Source: Xylographa opegraphella (Eukaryota). From it: DNA of 64,000 bases. Shown here in pieces: positions 25,796 through 37,626 of the stretch. The stretch covers positions 1-64,000 of the forward strand of contig JALDZX010000016.1 of assembly GCA_022813865.1 (NCBI GenBank). The letters run 5' to 3'. The notes beneath the pieces were generated by a model, which worked only from the letters and a program-made list of their open reading frames with translations, made no database searches and was not told the origin of the DNA. Positions within the stretch are counted from its first letter, which is position 1. Every line of letters begins with the position of its first letter. A program made the position numbers and the translations under genes.

Positions 25796-27483
25796 TGCCA
25801 CTCTCGCGCCGACGGTCCGTCAGGTCGGTAAGGACGGAAGGTTAATATTGCGCAGCAGGTATGGAGGCCGCCAAGATGAACATATGTCTTGCAGTCGTGC
25901 CAGACGGGTCGGGAAGGTGGTCCCAACCAATTGGTCCACCTGCACCGTCCGAGTAGCGTTTCCGCCTCCCGGTCCAATCGATGCACGACTTCCACGCCCC
26001 CGCACCAATGCCACCGTGCGCTTTGACCGCACCCGGAGGGTTCAGATAGATTTCATCGATTTACCCGGCATATGTTTGGCATGGGATGTGGCAGTGCCGA
26101 AAAGAGGCTGACGAGTTTGTGTGCCGAAGGGAAATGTGACGATCGCCGACCGGAAGCGAGGGCGGATGGCAGACCGAGGCATTATTCGATCATTATGCAA
26201 CAGGTTCAGGTTACACACGAACGGGTGGATGCCACGGAAGGGTCCAGACTGGGCGCGGGACGGGGGCAAAGCGTGGGGGATTGGCAAATGCTAAAGCAGG
26301 AACGGCCGGGAGACACACTCCTGCACCGTGAAGGACGGGAGCATATGAGGAGATATCCCACAGCAGTGTGGCCCGTCCATGCATCGGCTTCCAACGTCTT
26401 CTCCACGTCGTCGATGCTGGGTTCGACGTGCATCGCCAGTTGCTGCCGCAGCGTGCTGCAGCGAAGACGGCGGACACCCCCGTGCCAGAGACGATACCTA
26501 CCTCGTACTGCTTACGGTATCATCAACCCATGACCTCGGCGTGCGCTCGGACCCCTGCCCAGACATTTGGAGGTTGGAGAAGGTTCTTTTCAGCAGAAAA
26601 GGCTCGTATGTAGCTGCCTCATTGGGCAAAGGGGCACCTTGGAGGTGGAGGGGGGCGTTTGGCCGAAAATGGATCGGACGGAATCAGGACCTGGCCCTGC
26701 GTCACCACGTCCAACCCCCGCATTTCCCGGCTTTTCCATGGTGCCAAGCCTTCTTAAGCCGCCCCCCCCACACTAATTCACGTGGGCGTGTGACTACGGA
26801 CCACATCGTCGACCGGCTGGACCTGCAAAAGCTAGGAATAAATAATCCACCGATGGAAGGGCGTCGACGCCGGTAGTCTCATTTTATACTCGCTTCTCCC
26901 AGAAGTCGGAACTGCGCTGGCTCGATGAGATCGCGTATCTCTCCGCTCCCTACGTAGTACTCATCTTGCGAGCCGGCCAATGAGAATGCTCGCTATCGAC
27001 CTATTCCCGTCCACCGCCTTCCCCCACACAGCCCCGGATCACCGAGCATCGGAGGACACGGCCATAGGCCCATGGCTCATGGTGCTTGGCCGGCTCACGT
27101 CACGAGAGGTACGGCCTTAGGGTTTCCTTTACCTCTTCCAGCATGAGACGCGTTGATCCCACCTCGCCATGCCACCCAATCCCCGTCGCCACCGTTGGCC
27201 TCGTCAAACGTCCCTCTTTGGGCCAGTCTTGACTCCAGCTCCGCTTACCACCTCAGCTGCCATGACGCTCCTCTTCCGACCCAAAGTGAATGATGGGCTC
27301 GGACCCTCAAACTCTGTATCCTTCCGTTGAATAAAGTCAACCTCACTGCCGCCTGTCCCCTTCTCATTTGCGCGGCTACCATCTCTGATCTTCTGGTCGG
27401 AGGCTCTTCCCTTTCCTCATCTCCCTGCTCCCAATCTTCAGCCTCTTGTTCCCTGTCGGTTACCTGACCTAGTCCTGCCCTAC

Positions 27484-28599
27484 ATGTCTCGCGCTAGTAG
27501 TGTACCCTCACCCGCAGGCGGCCTTGACCAGCACGCACCACTGCATCCCGGACACTCTCCGCTCCGATCGGAGCTCGTCAACTCCATCTATTCGCAGTCC
27601 AGCTACGGTGACTCGCCCGACAGCACCGCCGCATCCAGTGTGGAGGATATCCGGATCCATCGTTCTCTTCCCACCGGCGTTTACGTCCCCACTGTTTGCT
27701 TTTTCGACGAGCACACCGAGGACCTCGACCTCGACGCCATTGCCAGCCATGCGGTCCGCCTTGCCGAAGCCGGAGTGGCGGGCATCACGACTCAGGGCTC
27801 CAACGGCGAAGCCGTGCATCTGACTCACCAGGAACGCAAGATCGTGACGAGCGTGACCCGTCGGGCCTTGAATGAGGCTGGCTTTGCTTCGATGCCCATC
27901 ATTGTCGGATGTGGAGCGCAGTCGACGCGAGAGACAATCGAGTTGTGCAGAGACGCTGCCATCTCGGGAGGAGATTACGCCTTGGTCCTCCCTCCGTCGT
28001 ACTACAAACCATCGCTCAAGCCGAATTCGGTGATCGAGTTCTTCGAAGACGTAGCGACCGCGTCCCCCATCCCAATCCTCATATACAACTACCCGGGCGC
28101 GGTGTCCGGCACAGACCTGGATTCCGATGCCATTATCAAGCTGGCCGGTCATCCTAACATCGTGGGCTGTAAACTCACTTGTGGTAATACCGGGAAACTC
28201 AACAGGATAGCGGCCGCAACGCAGGCCGCCACTCCGACGGACCACGGATCGGGCTTCCTGTGCATGGCTGGCTCGGCCGACTTCACTCTTCAGATGTTGG
28301 TCGGAGGCGGATCGGGCGTGATCTGCGGACTGGCCAACGTTGTACCCAAAGCTTGCGTGGAGATCTTCAACGTCTATCGGTCGGGGGATTTGGCAAAGAC
28401 GCAAAAGCTGCAAAGCGTTGTTGCCCGTGGCGACTGGGCAGCCATCGCAGGCGGCATCGTGGGGACGAAAAGTGCACTGCAAACGTACTTCGGGTATGGT
28501 GGCCTCGCCCGCAAACCTCTTCCGCGGCCGACGGTCGAGGACGCCAAGCGGTATGCCGAGGGGTTCCGAGAGGTAGTGGCGTTGGAGAAGTCATTGTGA
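27484..28599 (+). CDS. DHDPS/NAL-family class I aldolase (related to GaaC/LGA1 and HOGA), intronless, with ~57-aa Ser/Pro-rich N-terminal extension
   Basis: GVYVPT, QGSNGEA, LPPSYY, YNYPG, Schiff-base Lys in HPNIVGCKLT. Confidence 0.92.
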   Translation: MSRASSVPSPAGGLDQHAPLHPGHSPLRSELVNSIYSQSSYGDSPDSTAASSVEDIRIHRSLPTGVYVPTVCFFDEHTEDLDLDAIASHAVRLAEAGVAGITTQGSNGEAVHLTHQERKIVTSVTRRALNEAGFASMPIIVGCGAQSTRETIELCRDAAISGGDYALVLPPSYYKPSLKPNSVIEFFEDVATASPIPILIYNYPGAVSGTDLDSDAIIKLAGHPNIVGCKLTCGNTGKLNRIAAATQAATPTDHGSGFLCMAGSADFTLQMLVGGGSGVICGLANVVPKACVEIFNVYRSGDLAKTQKLQSVVARGDWAAIAGGIVGTKSALQTYFGYGGLARKPLPRPTVEDAKRYAEGFREVVALEKSL

Positions 28600-29000
28600 T
28601 ATGGAAGCGTGGGAGGTGTTCTCAGGCTGGGTGGTGCTTTGCTTCTGGGAGGGTTTCTGCTTCGAAAAGGGCAAAAGTATGCATCACGTGCACTGCATTG
28701 TACTCTGCATGGCTTCTATTATACGAAACCTCACTTGCGATGGTGGACTACGGGAGCGAATGAAAGTGGTATGCGTCATTGGGAGGAGCGGCACTTGAGG
28801 CGTCTGCACTTGTACCTCGGACATCATTCTGATACCTTAACCAATAGAAGAACAAGTGCTGTCCTGTTCGACCTTGACATGCGTTACCTTATCCTCGGCC
28901 TCGTGCACCAGGCTTACCTGATGCAGACTGTGTACAGCCACTTGAGGCGTAGTGGCTTGGCGCGGTCAACTGGTACGAGGCAAGGTACAATGGCAAGCAG

Positions 29001-29026
29001 ACACGATGACACGATGACACGATGAC
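29001..29026. repeat. Short tandem repeat (ACACGATG)x3
   Basis: acacgatgacacgatgacacgatgac seen directly. Confidence 0.8.
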
Positions 29027-29671
29027 AAGATTCATGTTCAAGCCCTCCGTACGACCGTAAACTGTCACTGCCAGCGGAAGAACCATGCACAGCTTAGGAG
29101 AACTGGAGGGCGCGGGCTGGATTGTGGGAGTACTTTCAGTCTGGCATACGAGGAAATCCCTCGATTCCAAAAAGCACGTTGCTATTGCCGGATTTGGTGA
29201 TCGTCTCGTTAAGATAAGCATGAGAGTCCCCGGAGGTGGTTCGACTCCCTACTGTGGTACCTACCTCCTTACTGACGCGCTCGGATTGGCTTGAATGGAG
29301 ACTCGCAAAGCCTGAAAGCCGAGCTTGGAAATAAGCTGTGCCGATCTTAGAATAGTTTCTACAATGTCGATTGCGAGCCGACGCTACCCGTCAACGTCAT
29401 GCCTATCTAATCCTGGCTCGGGGGTCTCTGTTGTCAATTGCTAGCAGTGGGGTTTGGGGCCATTGAGGGCTATCGATCCTGCACAATCCTACTCCATACG
29501 ATAACCATGGCACACAAAGTATTAAGAAGCTCGTTCCAGTGTAACTTCTCCCCTTCCCTCCCGCGCCTCCGCTGGTACTGCAACATCACTAACGAATGCC
29601 CCAGGAAAGAGACCATCCTGATTCACGAAATAGCTACCTCACGCCTCGCTCGACCCGCATCCACCCTCGCC

Positions 29672-31018
29672 ATGGGAGGTGGACCCGACAAGACCCCCGA
29701 GCATCTGCTCTGCACGCTGCCCTTCCCCGAGCCGAAGGCGGTTCTCGACCGAATCAGGAAGAACCACCCCCAAATCCAGATCACCTATCGTGACCTGTCC
29801 CACCAGGACGCCTTCGCGAAGGAGTCGGGTATACCAGATGGTCGGGCGCCTATCCACCCAATAATCTCCGAGCACTCAAGCTCAGGCGAGAAAGCACATC
29901 GCTTACACATGTCCCTACAGATCTCTGGCGTGAAGCCACCATTCTGGTCACCCTGTCCGCCTTGCCCCCGACGCCCGCTGCGTGCCCCAAGCTTGGTAAC
30001 CGTCCCACCCCCGCTCCGTCGTCGCCCTTCCCACTAACCCTCCCGTCCAGAACTCATCCACTTCTTCTCCGCCGGCACGAACCATGTCCAAACGCACCCC
30101 ATCTACAAGGACTCCACCATCCCCCTGACGACCTCCTCCGGCATCCACGGGCCCCAGATCGCCGAATGGGTCCTCCTCACCTCCCTCGTCGCCTCCCACT
30201 CCTACCACACCCTCCACTCCTGGCAGACCCAGCACCTCTGGCGCCAGCAGAGCCAAATCTCCCGCCTGCGCACCATCCGCGACAACGTCGGCCAGCGCCT
30301 CGGCGTGCTCGGGTACGGCTCCATCGGGCGGCAGGTGGCGCGCGTCGCGCACGCCATGGGCATGGACGTCATCGCCTTCACCGCCTCCGCGCGGCCGACG
30401 CCCGAGAGCAAGCGCGACGGCGGCTTCATCGTGCCCGGCACCGGCGACCCGGACGGCAGCATCCCCAGCGCGTGGTACAGCGGCCTCGACCGCGCCGCGC
30501 TGCACCGCTTCCTCGCGCAGGACATCGACTGGCTCGTCGTGAGCGTGCCCCTCACCGCCGCGACGCAGCACCTGCTCGGCGCGCCCGAGTTCGCCATCCT
30601 CGCCGCCCGCAACGCCTTCGTCTCCAACATCTCCCGCGGCCAGATCGTCGTGCAGGCCGACCTCATCGCCGCGCTCGAGGCCTACGTCGACACCGACGGC
30701 GACGTCCCCGCCCCGCCGCCGCAGGGCAGCGCGACGGACGACGAGCCGTCGCCTCCTCCTGTCGTCGCCGAGCGCGGCTCCGGTCTCGGCGCCGGCAAGA
30801 AGGGCCTCCGCGGCGCGGCCCTCGATGTTACGGACCCGGAGCCGCTGCCGGCGGGGGATCCGCTGTGGGACGCGCCGAACTGCATCGTCACGCCGCATAT
30901 CAGCGGGCTCAGCGTCATGTATGCCGATCGCGCCTTTCAGGTGCTGGAGGTTAATCTGCGGCGGAGGGAGGAGGGCAGGGGGTTGATTAATGAGGTGGGC
31001 AGGGAGAGGGGGTATTAG
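29672..31018 (+). CDS. D-isomer-specific 2-hydroxyacid dehydrogenase (introns ~29841-29920 and 29996-30050)
   Basis: SGIHGPQIAEW, Rossmann GVLGYGSIG, VPLT, NISRG, AALDVTDPEPL, TPHISG (Arg/Glu/His triad intact). Confidence 0.93.
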
Positions 31019-31944
31019 GTTTGGGTTGTGGGAGGGGGGAGGGGGTGGGGGGGAGATGGGATGGGATAAGATGGGGGATATATATGATCACTGGCGGCAG
31101 GTAGAATCCCTCGCGCCAGGGTGGTGGTATTGTTTTTTCCCCTTAGTTATCGCGTAACGCCCGGGCGGACGGTCGGTCGTTTACTGGTATTTGGTATTTT
31201 CGTTTCGATACGGGGGTGGTATATATTCTCATTGGGTATGGCCGAACGCTCAGACCGGGCATTTGCTACTCTACCTACTCTCCTCTTTCTACTACAGACC
31301 GTCACGCGGAACCCCGCGATCTGCCTCGTTGCTGGTGGCGTTTTCATATGTAGGTCATGTCTGATGCCTCTCCCGCCAACGTCTTCCACAAAACTCCCGC
31401 CCTCCCTAGTGGCGCTAGCGCCTGCAGAGGCCATCCCTCCCTTCCACCTCACCGCTCCACCCGAACTAGAAGATCTTACCGCGAGCTGCTCCGCCTCGCA
31501 ATCCCATTTCCCCCGCCGCGGGGTTGGACGGTGGTGTAGTGTAGTATAGTATAGCAGGCGACGAAGTGCGAATGGCCTACGTGCGGGCGGGGAGAGGCTT
31601 GAAATGTGGTAAAACAATTGCATTGTAATCGAGTATATGCCTGCAAGGAGCCTGGCTATTGCTCGGTGTCCTCGATGTACTTTTGATGGACAACACGTTG
31701 TGAAAGAATGAGTTCTTGATTATTGGTCGGAAACCTATAGAGCTAACGATGCGGGATTTCCTGAGGCGAAATTATGGGCCTGGGATGGATATTGAGTGGC
31801 TGGTTGGCTTGATATGAGCAGGGGAGCCGCATAGGTGAGATGTGGGTATTTGATTTGATGTGGTTGATATGGTGGATAAGATCCTTTTCACTCTCCATCG
31901 TGCGATAGCAGGAAATCTTCGTCGTCAGTCGACGGCTGGGTGTG

Positions 31945-32845
31945 TCACTTCTCCAACTTACCCATCTCGATCTCGTCGGTGCCTCTTCCAAGAGATCGTC
32001 CAGTATCTGCTTCGATCCCTGTCGTTGAAGCCTTCTTGCCGGGCCGACGCGCCGTCCTTGCTACCATGCCCAGGACCCGTTCCGTCAGCCACACTCTGGT
32101 CCATATAACTCCCCATGCCAGACCGAAAATAACACATTCCGCAACCAGGATCCCGATTATATAGCCCGCCGTCTTTCCTGCGCCCTGCGCCGGATTGAGG
32201 AACCCGTACACGTAGAATCCTTGTACCGCATAGGTGATGTATGCAAGCCCGAGGTAGAGCGCCAAGAGCAAAGCGAGAAACAGCAGGTGGAGGGGCGCCG
32301 GCGGTAATGTCGCGGGCAATAGAATCTCAGTCAGGGCAAAAAGGGAATTGAGCGCATGCTGGGATATCTGCCAACGTTGTTACCAAACACTCTCCATACG
32401 AAAGGCTCCGTTTCCTCACGTTCGACCACGCATCCACTGTCTTCGGAAACCAAGGTCCCCGGTACAGCACCGCCCAGAAAACAATTGTCACTAAGAAAGG
32501 AAAGGTTACGATCGTTGAGTAATAGACCGCGTGTAATGTTTGGAGAGGCCGAGGCCATCGCTGTAGCCAGGAAACACCGCTGCGCGCGTAGGAGAGAGTA
32601 TGGAAACCACTGAAGAGGAAGTAGAAGGCCAGGCCCCAGTAGGTGAGCACGGTAAAGTAGCTGAAGCTGTGGGGCGCTGAGAGGGGCGTGTCTGTGGCAA
32701 GGACGGTAAACGTAGTCACGAAAGCGTACAGAGATAAGAGGAGGCGGAGGCAGGCAAGCGCGAGGGGCGGAAGTAGCCAGGAGGTGGTGTATCTGTGGAG
32801 ATGGGTTGGAGAGATCCCGAAGAGAGTGGTAGTCGGAGGAGCCAT
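31945..32845 (-). CDS. FAR-17a/AIG1-like polytopic membrane protein, 2 exons
   Basis: About six hydrophobic segments; SYFTVLTYWG and SN|ISQHALN carry the Thr and His positions typical of AIG1/ADTRP hydrolases; GFYVYGFL. Confidence 0.75.
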
Positions 32846-33407
32846 ATTGAGGACTGATTTCGAGGGGTTGACAGCAGGCGATGTGTGAAGGAAAAGGGAT
32901 GCTATTTCGACTTAGACACTGGACACGTGAAATCTCATGTTGGATAGTACCTGAATCCTGAAGGATTACAGGTCCAGGACAGACATATAGACTGCTATGT
33001 TGACAGCCTTCCCATTCATGGTCAGGATTCAGATATGTGGTCCGTACTCAGTCCGATTTGAGTTACCGGGCACTAGCGTAGTCCTACGGGGCTGGGGTCA
33101 TTAACCCCTGCGATACTTCGTACGGAGTACTTCCTTGCAGTGTTTGCGAGAAAAAAACCCGAGGCCTTCCGGTCACTGACTGTTCATTTATGGGTCCTCC
33201 CATGCTGCTTCTGCACCGCAACACTGTGTATGGTGTACACCAGTGACACGTTCATTTCCTCTGCCTTCTTTATGTGCCTTCATATTGTACTACGTCCACT
33301 TGAGTTTTGTTGATTGGCTGTTGTCAATCTCTGTCTTTAAACTCAGAAGAAGCATACTTCTCTTGTCCAGTGAAGCTTCAATCCCTAAGAGGAGGGTGCT
33401 AACAAAC

Positions 33408-34517
33408 ATGGATACATACTGCAGCCGGTGCCAGAGGCACTTTCCACATGGCCAGGCATTGCGGCAGCATCTCCTCAATGCGCAAATCCACAATTACTGC
33501 CTAAGATGTCAACGGGATTTTGCCACGTTTGCAGCGCTAGAACAGCATGAGAAAAACAGCTCGAGCCATAACATTTGCTCCAGATGCGACATCGATTATG
33601 CTGATTCTGATGACCTTGTGGCTCACTACGAATCAGCTCATTGGAGGTGCTCTCAATGCCGTATTGTTTTCATGACTGCTCAGGCCCGGGAGAATCACTG
33701 GGCTGAAGATGACGGCCATAATTATTGTGCTAGTTGCGATAGACATTTCAATAATGCAGATAATCTACGCGCTGTTAGTATACCCATTCTTGCTCGCAGG
33801 GACAAAACGGAACAGAAGTGTTATAAGGGCTCAAAGGGTTTGAGATCTCTATGGAGACTGTCGGCAGGGCTCGCGAACTCCCTCAAAGCCTTCAGCACTC
33901 TCGAGGGTCTTTCAGACCGGAGCAGTTTAAGCACTTCCGGTTTGCATTTGTCACCCACGAAGCCTTGTAAAGCAATTGGAACACCTTTTGCTGATGCCGT
34001 GTGGCTCTTTTAGCACCTTCGCTCGACCTTGCACGTTGGCCAAACAGTCAAATGCCCAGGCTGTACTCGTCAATTCCCTACACTCTCCGCCATGACGATT
34101 CATCTTGAGTCTGGCACCTGCGTTTCCGGTATCACTCGTCACATGATCAATGACAAAATTCGCGCCAACGACCAAAACCATCTCATAACCCAGCGGCTTC
34201 TCACATATCCGGATGATAATGGACAATCGGGACGAGCCGAAACGTGGGCTACAACAGCCGCCTGGAACGGCCATGGCTACGAGTGTTATTTCTGTTCCAA
34301 GCAGTTTGGCTCTCTCCAGGGTCTGAACCAGCACTTGAGCAGTCCGGCGCACGAACAGAAGATTTACCACTGCCCGAAATGTATGATCAAGTTCAAGCTC
34401 TTCAGTGGTTTAGTACAACATGTCGAGAGCGAGTCGTGCGGCATCTCTAGGTTCCAGGAAGTCAAATCGGCTATGGACCGTCTTACCTCCTCATTTCCTC
34501 GCATGTTGACTGTCTAA
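33408..34517 (+). CDS. Multi-C2H2 zinc-finger protein (exons 33408-33773, 34014-34517)
   Basis: Repeated CxxC-x12-H-x3-5-H/C units; HLESGTC, YECYFCSKQF, QHLSSPAH, HVESESC. Confidence 0.9.
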
Positions 34518-35700
34518 GCTATGAGTACGTGGTTCTTATGAGTAGCCTCGAAGACTTATACGGGAAGATGAAGGAACTTAGTCAATATCTGCATACGTCG
34601 CTGCTTCCAGAGTCATATTTATACTGGAGGCTGCCACAAGAGCGTGATCTGTTCAATATGGGGCAACGACTGACTCAATAACAAGTTATCTTTGCTCCAG
34701 GCTGAAGAAATACTTGTAGCTAATTGGACCTGTGACGTACAGGGATGGGCTAGCGCAGGGATCTATTCAGCTTTTCGTACACTTAAGAAGATGGAATCCT
34801 GACACGGTGCTAGATCACCGAGCACACTGCTCCTCAGCGACCAATTTCCTTGCAAATTCGGTAATGTTCGAATACTCTATCTTTACCAATACACAATATT
34901 TCAGAACTCTTTCCAAACCGTGGTGAAGTGAACCTTCAGACGAGCCCGATGCAATCCAATCCCTTACGTCCCGAGATTTCGATTTTTGAACATTATTCGG
35001 CCTTGTATGACTGCACCAGCTCAACGAACTGCCTTTTGGGTTTGCTGCCTTCCACTTCTTTCTGTACGAAAGATAAGGGGCAATGTTGATGAAACCCATA
35101 CCTCTCCTCTTTAAATTAGTCGTCCTATGACCAAACACTCCTGCGCCGTCAGATTTGGAGATAAACTGCCGACATATTTTTCTATTTGTATCATTCAGGT
35201 CAGATCGTTTGCGTCTATCCTACGTGGCCCGATACTGGATCCATTGATCACTGTCGACAAAACACAAGGTGTTCGTTGCTCATATGCCACAATTTAGTAG
35301 AATCAAGCAACCTTTCTAGAAAAGTGACGGTCAATTAGATTTAGTTATATATATTATCGACAGCCCCAAAACCCGGGTCCACCCAAGCCTCGAAAATTCC
35401 TCGCTAAGCTCAGATGTATGTACACGTAGAATCGAAAAGTGCAGCTACGGGTCCAGCCGAAAGCTGACTTGTGTGATGGTCGCTGCTAATGCAGCGCTCT
35501 CGCTTTCCACTTCCTCCCCCGAGACAGGAAATATTGCTTTAGTGTACCGGATGTACACTCCGGCGTTGTAGCGCGCAAGAGGTGCCGTCTATCGGTTCCG
35601 CCAGGCGGTTGTGGCATGCTCGCTTTCCAACTCCGGAAGGTATTCCTCGCTCCCTGCACCGAGCGCAAAGTCCGGAAGGCCCATGGTGGCCGCGGCGAAG

Positions 35701-36516
35701 TCACTCGCGGTAGGCGGAGCCGGAGTAGTGGGTGCGGCCGCTGAACGGTCTCGCCACGGAGGAGGAGTAGAACTTCGAGAACGTGACCTTTTCGGTGAGC
35801 GAGGGCCCGTTCGAGCGGGCCGTTCGTGGGGAGATGTCTGGAGAGGGTTCGGTGGACTGGATTTGGGAGGTGCGGTCTGTCGGCTCTTTGAACTGGAAGG
35901 TCGCGAAGACGGCGGTGGCGGGAGTTGCGGGCTGAGATTTGAAGATGCCGGGCGAACGCGCGGAGGCTGCAAAGACATTCATCAGAACGGATGACTTGAG
36001 CAACGTTAGAATTGGCTCGGTACGCAGGTCGACGGGCTTCTTTGATTCTCGTCCCTGAGTGGTGTCAAGTGCAGGACTGGATGGACTCACGGAGTACAGT
36101 CCGACGTCTCCCAAGGCGTCGTCCACCCGCCCGTGTGCAACGGAGCTCGCGGACATGCCAGTCTCATCTTTTCCAGCATCGATACCACTATGGTTAGATG
36201 CGTAGTTGAATCCAGTACCTTTCAGAATTGGCAACATGGGCGGCAATGGTTTGTTTCTTCCTTGCTGCCACGAGTTGCCCAGTGGCGGCATTGCTGGTCT
36301 TAGCCCGGGCTGCTCATTCTCGACACGGTCGTCCCTGACAGACGACTGGAAAGCCGTTGCAATGTCCCCGGTCTCCTCAAGATCCCGTGTACGATCAAAG
36401 CTCTCGGTATTAGTATTTCTGCTTTGGTTGTTGTAGGCTGTGGAGGTATTTGGGGTGTAAGAATCTCGACAGCGGAGTAAGAAGCAGCAAAAGGTTTCGC
36501 AGAACCATGAGCACAT
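35701..36516 (-). CDS. Hypothetical low-complexity protein with N-terminal Cys cluster; probable in-frame 57-nt intron at 36023-35967
   Basis: Long ORF starting MCSWFCETFCCFLLRC; GTACCG..CTGAT..GCAG intron signals; no recognisable domain. Confidence 0.55.
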   Translation of the reverse strand: MCSWFCETFCCFLLRCRDSYTPNTSTAYNNQSRNTNTESFDRTRDLEETGDIATAFQSSVRDDRVENEQPGLRPAMPPLGNSWQQGRNKPLPPMLPILKGTGFNYASNHSGIDAGKDETGMSASSVAHGRVDDALGDVGLYSVSPSSPALDTTQGRESKKPVDLRTEPILTLLKSSVLMNVFAASARSPGIFKSQPATPATAVFATFQFKEPTDRTSQIQSTEPSPDISPRTARSNGPSLTEKVTFSKFYSSSVARPFSGRTHYSGSAYRE

Positions 36517-37626
36517 AGTTTGCACGGAACAAGACGAGGTGTATAGCGATAATGAGGAAGATAGACATTGAGGAGAGGTCAACGTATATTAATTGGATGC
36601 CAGCGTTGGTTCAATGTTGGTGAAAGATTAAGTAATGCGATAAAGAGGTCTGAATACAGGCCGAGAGAAGATTACTAATTATGAATTGGGGGATTATAAT
36701 CCGCCGTTACTATTATTGCCAGTACTGCAGCACTGCTGTACAGCTTTGGGTGATGAAATAGATGAAATGTGGCACGAATGATGCGAGCAGACTAGATATA
36801 TGAGGCTCTCCGACGTGCCAAATAACAGACGTACAGGATATTGGTTGTAAGCAACATAGTAACAAAAGGACGGAAATAACAATCGCAAAAGGGAAGTTTT
36901 TCCAACAGCCTACCGTGTGGGAGTTGTGAATTGACAGGCAAGCCTGCTGTATGGAGCATTAAGGTTGACCTTGGTTGTGTTTACAATGCGTCTGAGCAGC
37001 AGACACGCGTGAGAAGACGATACCTGACAGTGCTGCTTCAAACAAGATGGAGGATATCCGAGCCTGTGAGGCAAGAAGTTCCTTGATGTGGTTTCAGGTT
37101 GGTTTGGCCGGGCCCAGCCAAGATCCTGGCATGTATTGATACACCAGTCTAAGCGCCGACTTTTGAATGCGTGTTCCAACATCTTGTAAATTATTACACT
37201 GTCCGCTGTCCATGGATAAAAGAGAAGCTGGCGTTTTGTGGAGCTAAGAAAAGACACTCATCAGTCGGAGTGAGCGGCCACTTTAGTCAGTGCCTCTGGA
37301 CACTGCTCCGATTCTTTCTTCCTCATAGTCCAAGACCCGAATTTGAATATATAACGGACTTGAAAGTATGAAAATCCGGCATTTTCTGATCACAGTATAA
37401 TCATAGCTGCCCTTTGTATGAAGATAATGAAGCCGACGTCCTCGAGGTCATTCTATGGTTCCGCAGCGGACCAACCTTCGTCACTGCCCAATACGGCTGC
37501 GCACAATCATGTATCTAACAACAGCCAACCCCACTTCATTCCACAAATAACCCTTCCTGATATCGCTCCTCCTCCGAACCAGCACTACTCATAATTACCA
37601 CTTCAACATCGAGTTTCCAAGTAAAC

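Noticed and set aside
26567..26645. Two CCNCCAA (galacturonate-response-like) motifs on the minus strand upstream of the aldolase
   Set aside because: About one is expected by chance in 1.7 kb and they are far from the ATG
29238..29248. Perfect Pol III B-box GGTTCGACTCC suggesting a tRNA or SINE
   Set aside because: Flanks do not form a T-arm stem and no cloverleaf or A-box is evident
19731..30954. Long antisense or alternate-frame ORFs (19731-20834, 27508-28482, 29948-30898, 29962-30954)
   Set aside because: They overlap clear genes in GC-rich sequence, where stop codons are depleted; no domain motifs
34815..35138. 107-aa minus-strand ORF between the zinc-finger gene and the orphan gene
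   Set aside because: No motif, splice partner or other support
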